Numbered from the stretch's first letter, positions 1 through 10,011 are shown. The stretch: 64,000 bases of DNA from Myxococcota bacterium (GCA_036012755.1 DASCPX010000129.1:253027-317026), one strand, 5' to 3'. A program made the numbers and translations. The notes: generated by a model from the sequence alone, not told the origin.

Positions 1-204
1 GGCATCGAGGACCCGGTGATCTACGAGGACGGCGAGGTCATCGTCTTCGCCAGCGAGGAGGGGGTCTTCGTCGAGACCCACCGCTGGAGGGTGGCCCACG
101 ACGTCAGCGAGCTCACCGTCGCCGATCTCACCGGAGACGGCAGGCCGGAGATCATCGCCTGGGCTCCGGGCGAGGAGCGCGCGACGATCCTCGTCCTGGA
201 CTGA
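1..204 (+). CDS. C-terminal part of an FG-GAP/VCBS-repeat protein (5' truncated by window edge)
   Basis: Frame is open from base 1; contains the DLTGDGRPEII Ca-binding FG-GAP-type motif. Confidence 0.65.
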   Translation, partial: GIEDPVIYEDGEVIVFASEEGVFVETHRWRVAHDVSELTVADLTGDGRPEIIAWAPGEERATILVLD

Positions 205-407
205 CGGCCGGGTGGTCGTGAGCGCCGCGTTCACCCGCGAGGCAGCCAATGAGGAGGAGGTCGAGAGACATGACCCATCTTCGGCCAGGTGAGCGCTGAG
301 CGCGATCAATGCTAATCCGGACCTGCCCGCATCACGGCGGACCAGACACACCAGCGAGCGGCCTCGTTGGCCACGGCTGGACGCCGGACTGGTAGCCCAG
401 GAGACAC

Positions 408-578
408 ATGACCAGGTTCCTCATCAAGGACAGCGACGACCTGCTCTCCTTCTGCAAGTGCGACACCGGGCTCGTCGGAGTCCCGGGCCAGCTGGACTGC
501 CCCTGGTGCGGCTGTGGCTGGATGCTCAGCTGCATCGACTGCCGGAAGAGCTTCGTCTTCGCACGATGTCCGAGGTGA
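408..578 (+). CDS. Small Cys-rich ORF (56 aa), probably a truncated Zn-binding protein
   Basis: AGGAGA RBS at 399-404, ATG 408; MTRFLIKDSDDLLSFCKCDTGLVGVPGQLDCPWCGCGWMLSCIDCRKSFVFARCPR; not in ORF track. Confidence 0.5.
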   Translation: MTRFLIKDSDDLLSFCKCDTGLVGVPGQLDCPWCGCGWMLSCIDCRKSFVFARCPR

Positions 579-1216
579 TCTCCGAGGTGCACAGGGCAAG
601 CAAGGGCAACCGTTGGCAGCCGAGCGCTACGGGCTGGACCTTCCGGGGTCTCATCGACGCCTTTCATCGGGTCTGTGAGGCGGTGGCCTACGCCCACAGC
701 CGGGGGGTGGTGCACCGGGATCTCAAGCCTGCCAACGTCATGCTGGGCAACCACGGTGAGGTGCAGGTGGTGGACTGGGGTCTGGCGAAGGTGGGAGGTC
801 GGCCGGACCTGGCGGCGGAAGCTGGTGACCTCGATCCGGTTGTGACCGATCGGTCCCAGGACGATTCGCAGGCCACGCACATGGGCGCTGTGACGGGCAC
901 GCCGGCGTACATGCCGCCCGAGCAGGCACGAGGTGAGATCGACCAGATCGATGCCCGGTCGGACGTGTACTCGCTGGGCGCCCTGCTGTACGAGATCCTG
1001 AGCGGACGCGTTCCGTACGAGGCGGCAAGTGGGTCGGCCGTGCTTGGTATGGTCAAGGCCGGCCCGCCCAAGCCACCAGGCCGGGTGGTGGGGCTGGCCG
1101 ACACCTTCAGCTGGCTCAGGCCCGAGGCGCGAAACGCTCCCACGAGCTTCCGCCGCTGCGGCGCCGAGCACCGGGTTCGCTTGGACATGTTCTGCCTCCT
1201 CCGAACCTCTACGTGA
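566..1216 (+). pseudogene. Ser/Thr (Hanks) protein kinase fragment, C-lobe only
   Basis: HRDLKPANV, VDWGLAK, GTPAYMPPEQARG and SDVYSLG are present; no Gly-rich loop or VAIK lysine; kinase-like sequence ends near 1110. Confidence 0.75.
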
Positions 1217-2289
1217 GGCCGAGGAGCGGTTCAAGATGGATTCGCCGGACGCATACCCGACTGCTTGAGATTCTGTGCACCGCTGAAGCCCTGCTTGAGG
1301 TCTACATGGCAGAGGCGGGATTAGAACCAGGGGTCCGATTCGAGCTGCTTCAGAAGCGGGATGGCCTGCTCCGCGCTCTGGCACGCGACAGCCAGCACTC
1401 GTTGAAGGCTGTCGCGAGCTTCTTACGAGGTGCCTCGGCAGACCTGTACGACTTGGAGGTCGCACTCGTAGCGGCGATGAGGGCGCTGGGGTTCTACGCG
1501 TCCCACGTATCCGGAGCCGGGGAGCCCGACGGGGTTGGCGTCGGTCCCGAGGTTGCGCAGCCAGTTGACGAGGAGGAGGAGGTCACCAGTGCCGCTGTTC
1601 ACTTCGCCCGCTTTGACGCCTTCGTGTTCACCATTGAAGCAAAGAGCTCCAAGAAGGTGCCGGATTTGGGCAATCTGGATTTCGGCGGTCTTCACAGCCA
1701 TCAGGTGGCCGCGGGGGCGACAGCCACGATGTTGGTGGCGCCCAGCTACCCAGGCGGCACGGTTCCGGAGGACAATAGTCAAGCCGCACAGCGTGCCAGA
1801 AACCTCGGTGTCTCGTGTTGGACGATCGAATCCCTGGCCCGTGTCGTCGAAGCTGCCGAAGCCCGTCACGTCACAACCGCCGAAGTTTCGTCGATTGTCC
1901 GTGAGTGCCGCACCCCGAAGCAGGTTGAGGCGGCGGTGGACAGATTGCTGTCCCAAACACCCTGGTCCCAACCCGACCTCTACCGCGCGATCCTCCGCGC
2001 GATCCGCCAGATGGATGGGAGGTTGCGCGACAGGAAACGTTCGATCTCGATGATCGAGACGGCCCTTACGTTCGACGCAGACTTCACTCACGCCGCTGTT
2101 ACTGGGGAAGCCATCGCGGCAGCCCTGCGCGTGCTCGCCAAGACCAGTCGTGGCATGCTTCATGTGACGAGCGACGAGGTCGTGGTCATACGCGGCAGCC
2201 TTGACGAGCTCGAGCGGCGGGTGTCGTCGCTCACGGGCGCAGATGCGGCTTCTCGGCGTCGTGGTCTCTTCGTCGCCGGAGAGGAGTAG
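1213..2289 (+). CDS. Putative PD-(D/E)xK nuclease-domain protein, probably the C-terminal remnant of a larger defence-type gene
   Basis: GEPDG...FTIEAKSS motif; more A/T-ending codons than neighbours; no convincing start or RBS. Confidence 0.45.
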   Translation: MRPRSGSRWIRRTHTRLLEILCTAEALLEVYMAEAGLEPGVRFELLQKRDGLLRALARDSQHSLKAVASFLRGASADLYDLEVALVAAMRALGFYASHVSGAGEPDGVGVGPEVAQPVDEEEEVTSAAVHFARFDAFVFTIEAKSSKKVPDLGNLDFGGLHSHQVAAGATATMLVAPSYPGGTVPEDNSQAAQRARNLGVSCWTIESLARVVEAAEARHVTTAEVSSIVRECRTPKQVEAAVDRLLSQTPWSQPDLYRAILRAIRQMDGRLRDRKRSISMIETALTFDADFTHAAVTGEAIAAALRVLAKTSRGMLHVTSDEVVVIRGSLDELERRVSSLTGADAASRRRGLFVAGEE

Positions 2290-2370
2290 AGGGCGGAATG
2301 GCGCCTAACGCCCGGTCCACCACACCCGGCGTCGCACCGATACGAGCGCCCTCCCGCACCCCACCCGCGC

Positions 2371-3714
2371 CTACCGCCCTCGCCAGAAGACCAGCGCCTG
2401 GCCCGCGGGGCGGATCGGTTCGATGCGCTCCTGGTTTCGGGTCGACGGCATCTCGTAAGTCGAAAGGCTCAGGTTCTGGGCCGCCAGGAGCTCCTGCGGG
2501 AAGACTCCATCGATCACCGAGAGGTGCATCTCTCGCACATCGTCGAGGGCCCCGGAGGCGGCACGCTGGCGGGCGTCGACGACCGCCGCGGAGTGCAGCG
2601 CGTCGATCTCGCCGCCGCGCAGACCGAAGGCCTCGCTGATGTTGAGCAGCTCTTTCTCCTCCTCTTCGTAGGGGAGGATCAGCTCGCCGGAGCGGGCCGC
2701 GAGCAGGTCGGCTGCGAACAGATCCCTGGCCACGCCGTTGTACTGGCCCGGCGCGCGGGCGTCCGCGATCTGCTGGTTGCTGGTCTCGCTGAGGTCTCCG
2801 GCGTCACCGCCGCTCCAGACGACGTCCACGAGCTCGGTGAGGTGGCCGTGGAGCTCCTCTCCCTGGACCTGGCGAATGACGAGGGAGTCGTCGACGCCGT
2901 CGATCCGTACCGGCTGATCCGCGAGGGCGTAGACCACGTTGCGGGGGTCCTCGCCGTTGAAGACGGACAGCCGCATCGGCAGGACCGGCTCGTCCGACCA
3001 GAAGCGGAAGGCCATGCCCTGGACGTGGCCGTCGAAGGTCGAGCCCTTCGGCCTTGTCGTGTCCGCCTCGCGCATGCCCGGGTGCGGTGTCGCCCCCTCG
3101 GCGCCGCCGACCTTGGCCTTGATGGCCACGAAGCACCAGCGGTCGTTGACATAGTCCCCGACGACGTCGTCCATGCCCTCTGGGTAGCGGTAGTCGTTGT
3201 CCGCCATCCAGCGCTCCAGCGCCTTCGGCGAGCCCGCCTCGAGCACGGCGACCTCGTACATGCCGACTGCCTCTTCGCGCAGGACGCGGACCTCTGTGTA
3301 GCCGAGGCCGGCCTCCATCTGGACACTTGGCGCATTGTCCTCCCGCCTCATCGAGAACCTGGAGTTGGAGACCATCTCGAGCAGGTAGGGATCCTGGACC
3401 GTCACCGCGACCTTTGGTGGGTCCACCGCGGCCTCGATGTGGGCGAAGGTGGCGTCGTCGATCTTGCGGATCGTCGGTGGGGTCGGGAAGGGGATGAGCA
3501 TGCCGAAGTCCTCGACATTGCCCACGAACCCGGGGCGCAGCGCCATGGTCTCCATGCCGCCGACACCCGGGATGGTGCGGTGGCTGACATAGGTCCGCTG
3601 GGCGCCGGAGCGCTCGATGGTCGGGACGTCGACCCCGGTGAGGCGGATGGGCGGCACCATGCCGCAGGGATCGGCCTCTCCGAGCTGGACGAGGGCGAGC
3701 ATGACGCCGAGCAT
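2371..3714 (-). CDS. DUF2330-like secreted protein (paralog 2)
   Basis: Signal-like N-terminus ending ADPCGMVPP; FGMLIPFP, VGMYEVAVL, WCFVAIK and VLPMRLS segments. Confidence 0.7.
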   Translation of the reverse strand: MLGVMLALVQLGEADPCGMVPPIRLTGVDVPTIERSGAQRTYVSHRTIPGVGGMETMALRPGFVGNVEDFGMLIPFPTPPTIRKIDDATFAHIEAAVDPPKVAVTVQDPYLLEMVSNSRFSMRREDNAPSVQMEAGLGYTEVRVLREEAVGMYEVAVLEAGSPKALERWMADNDYRYPEGMDDVVGDYVNDRWCFVAIKAKVGGAEGATPHPGMREADTTRPKGSTFDGHVQGMAFRFWSDEPVLPMRLSVFNGEDPRNVVYALADQPVRIDGVDDSLVIRQVQGEELHGHLTELVDVVWSGGDAGDLSETSNQQIADARAPGQYNGVARDLFAADLLAARSGELILPYEEEEKELLNISEAFGLRGGEIDALHSAAVVDARQRAASGALDDVREMHLSVIDGVFPQELLAAQNLSLSTYEMPSTRNQERIEPIRPAGQALVFWRGR

Positions 3715-5060
3715 CAGGACTCCTTGGGAAGCGAGACGGTCGCGGCGGCGGGACGGAGCGGGTCCTCGCGGCGCACGTTCTTCTTCGCGGGCATGCGGTA
3801 GGGAGAGAAGGTCAGGTTCTGTGCGGCAAGGACCTGCTGTGGGAAGACCCCGTCGAGCACGGTGAGGTGCATCTCCTTCACGTCGTCGAGGGCGCCGGCG
3901 ACGGCCTCTGCGCGCAGCTCGGCGAGCTCGTGGGCGTGGAGGCCATCGACCGCCGCACCGCGCAGGCCGAAGCTCTCCGAGATGCGGAGGAGCTCTTTCT
4001 CCTCCTCCTCGTGCTCGAGGCTGAGATCCCCGCCGCGGGCCTTGCGCGTGGCCAGCATGTCGCTGGCGATGAGGTCCCGGGCGACGCCAGAGAACGCCAC
4101 GGGGTCGCGGATGGTGTCGACGTAGTCCTGGTTGCTCTTCGAGAGCTGAGAGCGCTTGCCGTTGTGGTAGGCCACCGGCAACAGCTCCGTGAGGTTGTCG
4201 TAGACCTGCTCACCGCTGATCTGTCGCACCACGAGGTCGGCAGGTACGTCATCGATGCGCATCGGCTCATCGGAGAGCAGGTACACGATGTTGCGAGGGT
4301 CTTCCCCGTTGAAGACGGACAGGCGCATCGGCACCACGGGCTCGTCGACGGGGAAGCGGAAGCCCATCCCCTGGACGTGGCCGTCGAAGGACGAGCCTTC
4401 GGGTCGCTCCGTGGACGCGTGCCGCATGCCGGGGTGCGGGTTCGCCTCTTCTGCGGCGCCCACCTTCGCCTTCACGGCGACGAAGAACCACCGCACATCG
4501 ACGTAGTCCTGGACCACGCCGTCCATGCCGTCCGGGTACTTGTAGCTGTTGTCGGCCATCCAGCGCTCCAGCGCCTTCGGCGAGCCCGCCTCCAGCACCG
4601 CGACCTCGTACATGCCGACCGCCTCCTGGCTGACGACGCGGACCTCGTCCAGCCGCAAGGGGGGCTCTGCACCCTCGCGCTCGGCCATCGACCCGGTGAA
4701 CCTCGCTGGGGCCGCGTCCACCGCCGGCGCGAAGACGTAGGGCTCGTAGAGGTGGACCTGCACCTCTGGCGGATCTACTGCGGCTTCGAGCTGGGCGAAG
4801 GTGTTGTCGTCGATCTTGCGGATGACGGGGGCCGAGGGGAAGGGGATGAGCATCCCAAACTCCTCGACGTCTCCGGTGAAGCCAGGGCGCAGGACCATCG
4901 TCTCGACGCCGCCCACACCCTGCTCGGATCTGTGCATCACGTAGGTGCGCTGGGCGCCGGTGCGCTCGAGCGTCGGGGTGGGACCGCTCAAGGCGATGGG
5001 AGGGACCATGCCGCAGGGGTCGGCCTGGGAGTTCGCCAGCAAGGCGATGAGGGACATCAT
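3714..5060 (-). CDS. DUF2330-like secreted protein (paralog 1)
   Basis: Colinear and highly similar to 2371..3714; TGATG coupling at 3714. Confidence 0.7.
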   Translation of the reverse strand: MMSLIALLANSQADPCGMVPPIALSGPTPTLERTGAQRTYVMHRSEQGVGGVETMVLRPGFTGDVEEFGMLIPFPSAPVIRKIDDNTFAQLEAAVDPPEVQVHLYEPYVFAPAVDAAPARFTGSMAEREGAEPPLRLDEVRVVSQEAVGMYEVAVLEAGSPKALERWMADNSYKYPDGMDGVVQDYVDVRWFFVAVKAKVGAAEEANPHPGMRHASTERPEGSSFDGHVQGMGFRFPVDEPVVPMRLSVFNGEDPRNIVYLLSDEPMRIDDVPADLVVRQISGEQVYDNLTELLPVAYHNGKRSQLSKSNQDYVDTIRDPVAFSGVARDLIASDMLATRKARGGDLSLEHEEEEKELLRISESFGLRGAAVDGLHAHELAELRAEAVAGALDDVKEMHLTVLDGVFPQQVLAAQNLTFSPYRMPAKKNVRREDPLRPAAATVSLPKES

Positions 5061-5221
5061 GAGGGGAACTCCTCGTCTGCGAACTTCACCCGGTACTGGA
5101 TCAGCCCCGGGCCGGAGACCTGTGCGTCACTGAGCCACACTCGACCCAGATCCTGCCAGTCGTCCTCGCCACTCTCGATTACTGTAAACCACGGACCCGC
5201 CGCGAAGTGGACTCCCTCCAG

Positions 5222-5719
5222 TCACCACCGTGACCAGAGGTGGTCGAGTCCTACTCGTTTCACCTTTCCGCCCGTCTCGAGGTGGCCGAGGGACCCGGTC
5301 CCGTCGAAGACGATGTGTTGCTTTTCCTTGAGGGGGATGTCGGTCGGAGGGAGCGTCCCACGGACCTCGCCGTCCTCGTCGAGCAGCCGCATCTCGACCG
5401 TGACGTGATCCCGCGCGAGCTCGCGTTCGATGAACGCCAGGTGGGCGTAGTCGACCGGCGCGACGTTGTCCGCCAGCCAGTCCTCTGTGTCGTGGAAGTA
5501 GAACAGGAGCGTCTCGAGCTCGATCGTGGGCTCGCCGATCGGCTGCAAGGCCCAGTCCTGCAGCAAGACCTCGATCTCCTCGTCGGAGAGGTGGATGTGT
5601 TCCTGCTGGTCGCCCAGGGAGCACGTCGTCTTGCAGTCGACCTGTGTCACTTCGTCGGGCTGGGCCGCATCGACCTCTGGGACCTCTCCCGTCCCGCAGG
5701 CAAGTAGAACAAACACCAT
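5222..5719 (-). CDS. Hypothetical lipoprotein (165 aa; frame stays open past the TGA to 5057)
   Basis: MVFVLLAC lipobox; ATG 5719 overlaps the upstream TGA; CKTTC motif. Confidence 0.7.
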   Translation of the reverse strand: MVFVLLACGTGEVPEVDAAQPDEVTQVDCKTTCSLGDQQEHIHLSDEEIEVLLQDWALQPIGEPTIELETLLFYFHDTEDWLADNVAPVDYAHLAFIERELARDHVTVEMRLLDEDGEVRGTLPPTDIPLKEKQHIVFDGTGSLGHLETGGKVKRVGLDHLWSRW

Positions 5720-6801
5720 CACTTCACCTGGTCGAGGAGTTTCTGGTACTTGACTTCGTCCTTGACGCCGTGCTCTGCGAGGACCTTCTTGAGGGCCTGC
5801 TTGCCCGCCGCCTGTCCGTATTGGACGAGGAGTTCGTTGGTCTCCGTCGAGGGCCAGCCCGGCCAGCCCGCCGCCTGGTGGAGGTTGATGGACTGCAGGT
5901 TGTTGAAGATCTGGTTCTTCTCTGTGTAGTTGCCGCTCAGGTCGCAATACAGATGCCAGCTGACGAGGTGCCCGGCCAGGACCTGGGCCTCCTTCTTCTT
6001 CCACGCCAGAGAGGGCACATACAGCGCCCCGCCCTGCCAGAGGGTCTCCTCTGCGCCGGGTGTGTAGGCGTAGCCCTTCGCGATGTCCATCGCCCGGTCG
6101 CGGTCGGTGCCCGCCCACGAGCCGAGGTAGGCGGCTGCCGTGCGGCGCGTGTTGGTGTCTTCGTGGTGGAACATCACGTCCATCAGGGGTTCGTGACCCT
6201 TGGCGATGATCACCGGTGCCAGGATCGTCGTCAGATCGGCGTTGGCGTTCACGGCGCCGATCGCGCTCCCGATGTCCTGGATCTCGCCGCTGAAGGACTC
6301 GAGCTTCAGCCGGATGGGGCGGTTCAGCGCCGGGTACACAGCGGCAAGCGGAGCCAGCGCGAGCACCTCGTCGGCGCTGTTGGTCCGTTGCACTCGGCCA
6401 GCCGCGGCCCAGGTCCGCACCAGCTCGGGAGCCTGGCCGTAGTCCTGGATGCCCAACAGGGCCGTATCGGCGCTCTCGTCGTCGATCTGTGCCAGGCCCT
6501 GGATGGCCCAGCCCCGTGCGCTCATGTCCGAGCCGTGCAGAGCGGTGTCGCGGAGCGCGGGCACTGCATCCGGGCCCATGGCCACCAGCTTCTCGAGGGC
6601 CGGCTGGGCTGTGTCCGGTTCTGCGAGGGCCAGGGCGAGGCCCGCCTGGTCCTCTGGCAGGTTCACTACGCGCGTCAGCTCGCCGGATTTCGGCTTCTTC
6701 GCCTTTGCGGTAGCGGTGATTTCGGGCTTGTCGGTGTCGAAGACGTCGGCGTCCTTCGTGCATCCACCGAGGGTGAGAGAGAGGAGCAGGGGAGTGATCA
6801 T
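5719..6801 (-). CDS. HEAT/PBS-lyase-repeat lipoprotein
   Basis: GGAGA RBS; MITPLLLSLTLGGC; helical repeats such as LVAMGPDAVPAL and ARGWAIQGLAQI. Confidence 0.7.
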   Translation of the reverse strand: MITPLLLSLTLGGCTKDADVFDTDKPEITATAKAKKPKSGELTRVVNLPEDQAGLALALAEPDTAQPALEKLVAMGPDAVPALRDTALHGSDMSARGWAIQGLAQIDDESADTALLGIQDYGQAPELVRTWAAAGRVQRTNSADEVLALAPLAAVYPALNRPIRLKLESFSGEIQDIGSAIGAVNANADLTTILAPVIIAKGHEPLMDVMFHHEDTNTRRTAAAYLGSWAGTDRDRAMDIAKGYAYTPGAEETLWQGGALYVPSLAWKKKEAQVLAGHLVSWHLYCDLSGNYTEKNQIFNNLQSINLHQAAGWPGWPSTETNELLVQYGQAAGKQALKKVLAEHGVKDEVKYQKLLDQVK

Positions 6802-6873
6802 CGAGTCTCCGGTACCGGGACGGTCGGCCCAGGGAAGATACGCGGGAGCATCCTGGCGGCATACACCCGGGTC

Positions 6874-8310
6874 GTGAGCTGGCAGGATCGCTGCGCCGAG
6901 TACGTCAGGACCGAGGGTCTCGAGATGGCATGCCTGGGCGTGCTGCGGGCCTTCGGTGGGCGCGCCGACGGGCCGACGCCTACCTTGGCTCAGCTCGAGG
7001 TCGACCCGCATCCCCGCGGCGCGCGCATTGTCGAGGTCCTCGACGGAGAGGTCGACAGGGACCAGGCGGAGCTCTTCGCCCGGCGCTTCCTGGCCTGCGC
7101 CGAGCTGCTCCAGCGCATGGGTCGCGGGCCGGCGCGCGTCCTCCGGATCGGGCTGTTGACCCGCATCGGCGAGATCCTCGAGGCGGCCCCTCCTCGGGCG
7201 GTCCGCGTGAGGGCTTGCGTCGACTTCTACACCTCGCACGGCTCGCTGCTGCACCACGCGAGCCCTGGGCTGCCAGGGCTCCCGGAGATCCTCGGCAGCT
7301 GCAGCTGGAGGCGCATCGAGGAGGGGCTCGACCACGTGCTCGTCGCCGCTTCGACCGACCTGGGGCCTGTCCACGTGAACCTCCTCCGAGTCCGGGATCG
7401 GCCGCTCGGGGTGGTCGATCTGCGAGGCGCCGACGGGGACTTCGCGACCCAGGTGCGCGCTCGCGGGGCCCTCGCCGGAGTGAGCGGGGGCTTCTTCCTC
7501 TACAGCGAGCCGGACATCGAGGCCCCCTTCGAGCGCGGCGAACCGGTCGGGCTCCTGGCTGACTCCACCGGCCTCATCTCTCCTCCGGTCTTTCGCCGGG
7601 CCACCCTCGATGCTCGCGACCACCGCATCACCACCGCCAGCCTTGTGGGCTGGGAGCTCCTCGGCCACCGCGTAGAGGCCGTCAACACCCTGCGGGTCGG
7701 GCCCGTGGTCTTCAACCGGGCTTTTGGGCCCCTGGCGCCGGAGGGCAGGGTGTCCGTCGCCATCGCCCACGAGCAGATCCTGGAGGTCACGACAGCTCCA
7801 TGTGCCATCCCCCTCAACGGCTTCGTCCTCAGCCTCCCACGAGGCGAGCGAGTCGGCGAGCCTGTCGGGGAGCTCCGCTGGCCAGACGTGCGAGACCAGA
7901 TCAGCGGAGGCCCCTGGCTGCTGCGCGACGGCGAGCTCGTCCTCGATCTGCTCGCAGAGGACTTCGCCCTCGACGCCCCGCCCGTCACCTTCTCCCGTGA
8001 CGAGACCTTCGACCAGAACCTGCTGCCGCGCATGGCCGTCGGTCGCTGCCCGGACGGGACGCTGATCTTCGCGGCGATCGACGGTCGGAACTTCGAGCGT
8101 GCTCCGGGTATGACCCTCCGCGGGGCCGCCCAGCTGCTGGCTGCCCTCGGGTGCCGGGACGCGATGAACCTCGACGGCGGCAGCTCCAAGCGCATGGTGG
8201 TCGGTGGCCGGGTCGTCGATCTCGCCAGCACTGAGCTCGTTCAGGCTGGCACAGAGACCCGCACGCGGCCTGTTCACAACGGCATCCTCGTGCTACGGGC
8301 AGAGCCATGA
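6874..8310 (+). CDS. Phosphodiester glycosidase (NAGPA/DUF2233) family protein
   Basis: VSGGFF, PRMAVG...AIDGR, GMTL and AMNLDGGSS motifs; GTG start approximate. Confidence 0.8.
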   Translation: MSWQDRCAEYVRTEGLEMACLGVLRAFGGRADGPTPTLAQLEVDPHPRGARIVEVLDGEVDRDQAELFARRFLACAELLQRMGRGPARVLRIGLLTRIGEILEAAPPRAVRVRACVDFYTSHGSLLHHASPGLPGLPEILGSCSWRRIEEGLDHVLVAASTDLGPVHVNLLRVRDRPLGVVDLRGADGDFATQVRARGALAGVSGGFFLYSEPDIEAPFERGEPVGLLADSTGLISPPVFRRATLDARDHRITTASLVGWELLGHRVEAVNTLRVGPVVFNRAFGPLAPEGRVSVAIAHEQILEVTTAPCAIPLNGFVLSLPRGERVGEPVGELRWPDVRDQISGGPWLLRDGELVLDLLAEDFALDAPPVTFSRDETFDQNLLPRMAVGRCPDGTLIFAAIDGRNFERAPGMTLRGAAQLLAALGCRDAMNLDGGSSKRMVVGGRVVDLASTELVQAGTETRTRPVHNGILVLRAEP

Positions 8311-10010
8311 GCTACCAGGCGATCGCTCGCAAGTGGCGGCCGGGCACCTTCGAGGAGATCTGCGGGCAGGGCCACGTCACGCAGACACTCCAGAACGCCC
8401 TGCGGCTCGAGCGCATCCACCACGCGTTCCTCTTCACGGGGGCACGAGGTGTCGGCAAGACCACAGCTGCCCGGACCTTCGCGCGGGCCCTGAACTGCGC
8501 CGAAGGCCCGACCCCGACCCCCTGCGGCGAGTGCTCCTCCTGCAAGGAGATCTCGGGCGGCGGCAGCACCGACGTCATCGAGATCGACGGGGCCTCGAAC
8601 AACTCGGTCGAGGATGTCCGCAGCCTCCGCGACGCGGTCCGCTACCTGCCCGCTCGCGACCGCTACCGCATCTACATCATCGACGAGGTCCACATGCTCT
8701 CGATCGGGGCCTTCAACGCGCTGTTGAAGACCCTCGAGGAGCCACCGGCCCACGTCCTGTTCATCTTCGCGACCACCGAGCCCCAGAAGATCCCCGACAC
8801 GATCCTCAGCCGAGTGCAGCGCTTCGACTTCAAGCGCATCCCCTCCGCCATCGTCGTCGAGCGCCTCGCGAAGATCGCCGTGGCAGAGGGAGCCGACATC
8901 GGCGAGGACGGCCTGAAGCTGATCGCCCGCGCCGGCGAGGGCTCGATGCGTGACGCGCAGTCGCTGCTCGACCAGGTCATCGCCTTCAGCAGCGCCGGCA
9001 TCACGACCGAGGAGGTCGCCCGGGTCCTGGGGCTCGTCGATCGCGGCTTGCTCTACGGCTTCCTGGAGGGGCTCGTCGCCGCCGAGCCGGACCGCTGCCT
9101 CGACGCCATCTCCGCGGTCTACGACTACGGCTACGAGCTCAGCCAGTTCACGACGGAGCTGTTGGAGCTCCTGCGAAATGCGGCGCTGACCGTCCTGAGC
9201 CCTGGCGCGAGGAAGCACATCGACGCCCCGGCAGAGGAGCTCGAGCGCCTCGCTGTCATCACGCGCGGGACCGACGCCGAGACCTTCAGTCGCTGGTTCG
9301 CCGTGATGCTCCAGATCCACGACGAGGTCAGTCGCAGCAGCCGCCCGCGGCTGGTCCTGGAGATGGCGGTCGCCCGGCTGGCCTCGATACGGCCGCTGAA
9401 GCCAGTGGATCAGCTGGTGGTGCGCCTCGAGGAGCTGGAGAAGAAGCTCGCGAAGGAGGGCTATCGGCCCAGGAAGAGCCTCAGCGCGATGGCCGCCGAG
9501 GACTTCGTTCCGGCGCCGCCCGACGTGGTCCCGCCGACCCCGCCGGCGCCCCCGGACGTGGTCCCGCCCGCGCCTCCGGAGGTGGTCTCGCCCCCGCCGA
9601 AGGTGGACAAGCCGGGCCCGGTCCGCTTCCAGGAGCTGCTCGCGAGCATCCCGAAGAAGGCCAGCTTCCGGCCCGTGCTCGAGAACGCCGCCTTCTTGCG
9701 GATGGAGGCTGGCGTCGTTCACCTCGCCGTCCCCGGGGACACGCACCTGACCAAGGCTCAGCGCATCCGCTCGGACGCGGAGCTCCAGGCAGCCGTGATG
9801 GCCCACTTCGGGGTCGGTCGCGTCGAGTTCGAGCTCCGCGCGGAGCACGTCGAGTCCCGCACCACCCGTGAGGCTCGAGACCTGCGGCGCGAGGCCTGGA
9901 AGAAGAAGCTGTGGGAATCGGCGCGCAATGACCCGGCGGTGGCGGCCGCCGAGGACGTCCTCGGCACGAAGCTCGTCGATGTCGAGCTGCCGCTCTTCGA
10001 AGAGGATTGA
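8307..10010 (+). CDS. dnaX: DNA polymerase III subunit gamma/tau
   Basis: ARKWRP, GARGVGKTT, Zn-binding Cys cluster, IIDEVHML, LLKTLEEPP, GSMRDA. Confidence 0.97.
   Translation: MSYQAIARKWRPGTFEEICGQGHVTQTLQNALRLERIHHAFLFTGARGVGKTTAARTFARALNCAEGPTPTPCGECSSCKEISGGGSTDVIEIDGASNNSVEDVRSLRDAVRYLPARDRYRIYIIDEVHMLSIGAFNALLKTLEEPPAHVLFIFATTEPQKIPDTILSRVQRFDFKRIPSAIVVERLAKIAVAEGADIGEDGLKLIARAGEGSMRDAQSLLDQVIAFSSAGITTEEVARVLGLVDRGLLYGFLEGLVAAEPDRCLDAISAVYDYGYELSQFTTELLELLRNAALTVLSPGARKHIDAPAEELERLAVITRGTDAETFSRWFAVMLQIHDEVSRSSRPRLVLEMAVARLASIRPLKPVDQLVVRLEELEKKLAKEGYRPRKSLSAMAAEDFVPAPPDVVPPTPPAPPDVVPPAPPEVVSPPPKVDKPGPVRFQELLASIPKKASFRPVLENAAFLRMEAGVVHLAVPGDTHLTKAQRIRSDAELQAAVMAHFGVGRVEFELRAEHVESRTTREARDLRREAWKKKLWESARNDPAVAAAEDVLGTKLVDVELPLFEED
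9505..9600 (+). repeat. Imperfect Pro-rich coding repeats (PPDVVPP-like) in the DnaX linker
   Basis: FVPAPPDVVPPTPPAPPDVVPPAPPEVVSPPP. Confidence 0.7.
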
Positions 10011-10011
10011 G

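Noticed and set aside
2290..2370. GCCTAAC after the nuclease-like ORF as an integron attC site
   Set aside because: No matching GTTRRRY end or extended palindrome, and no integrase
8307..10010. Programmed frameshift in dnaX
   Set aside because: No A AAA AAG or poly-A slippery site seen
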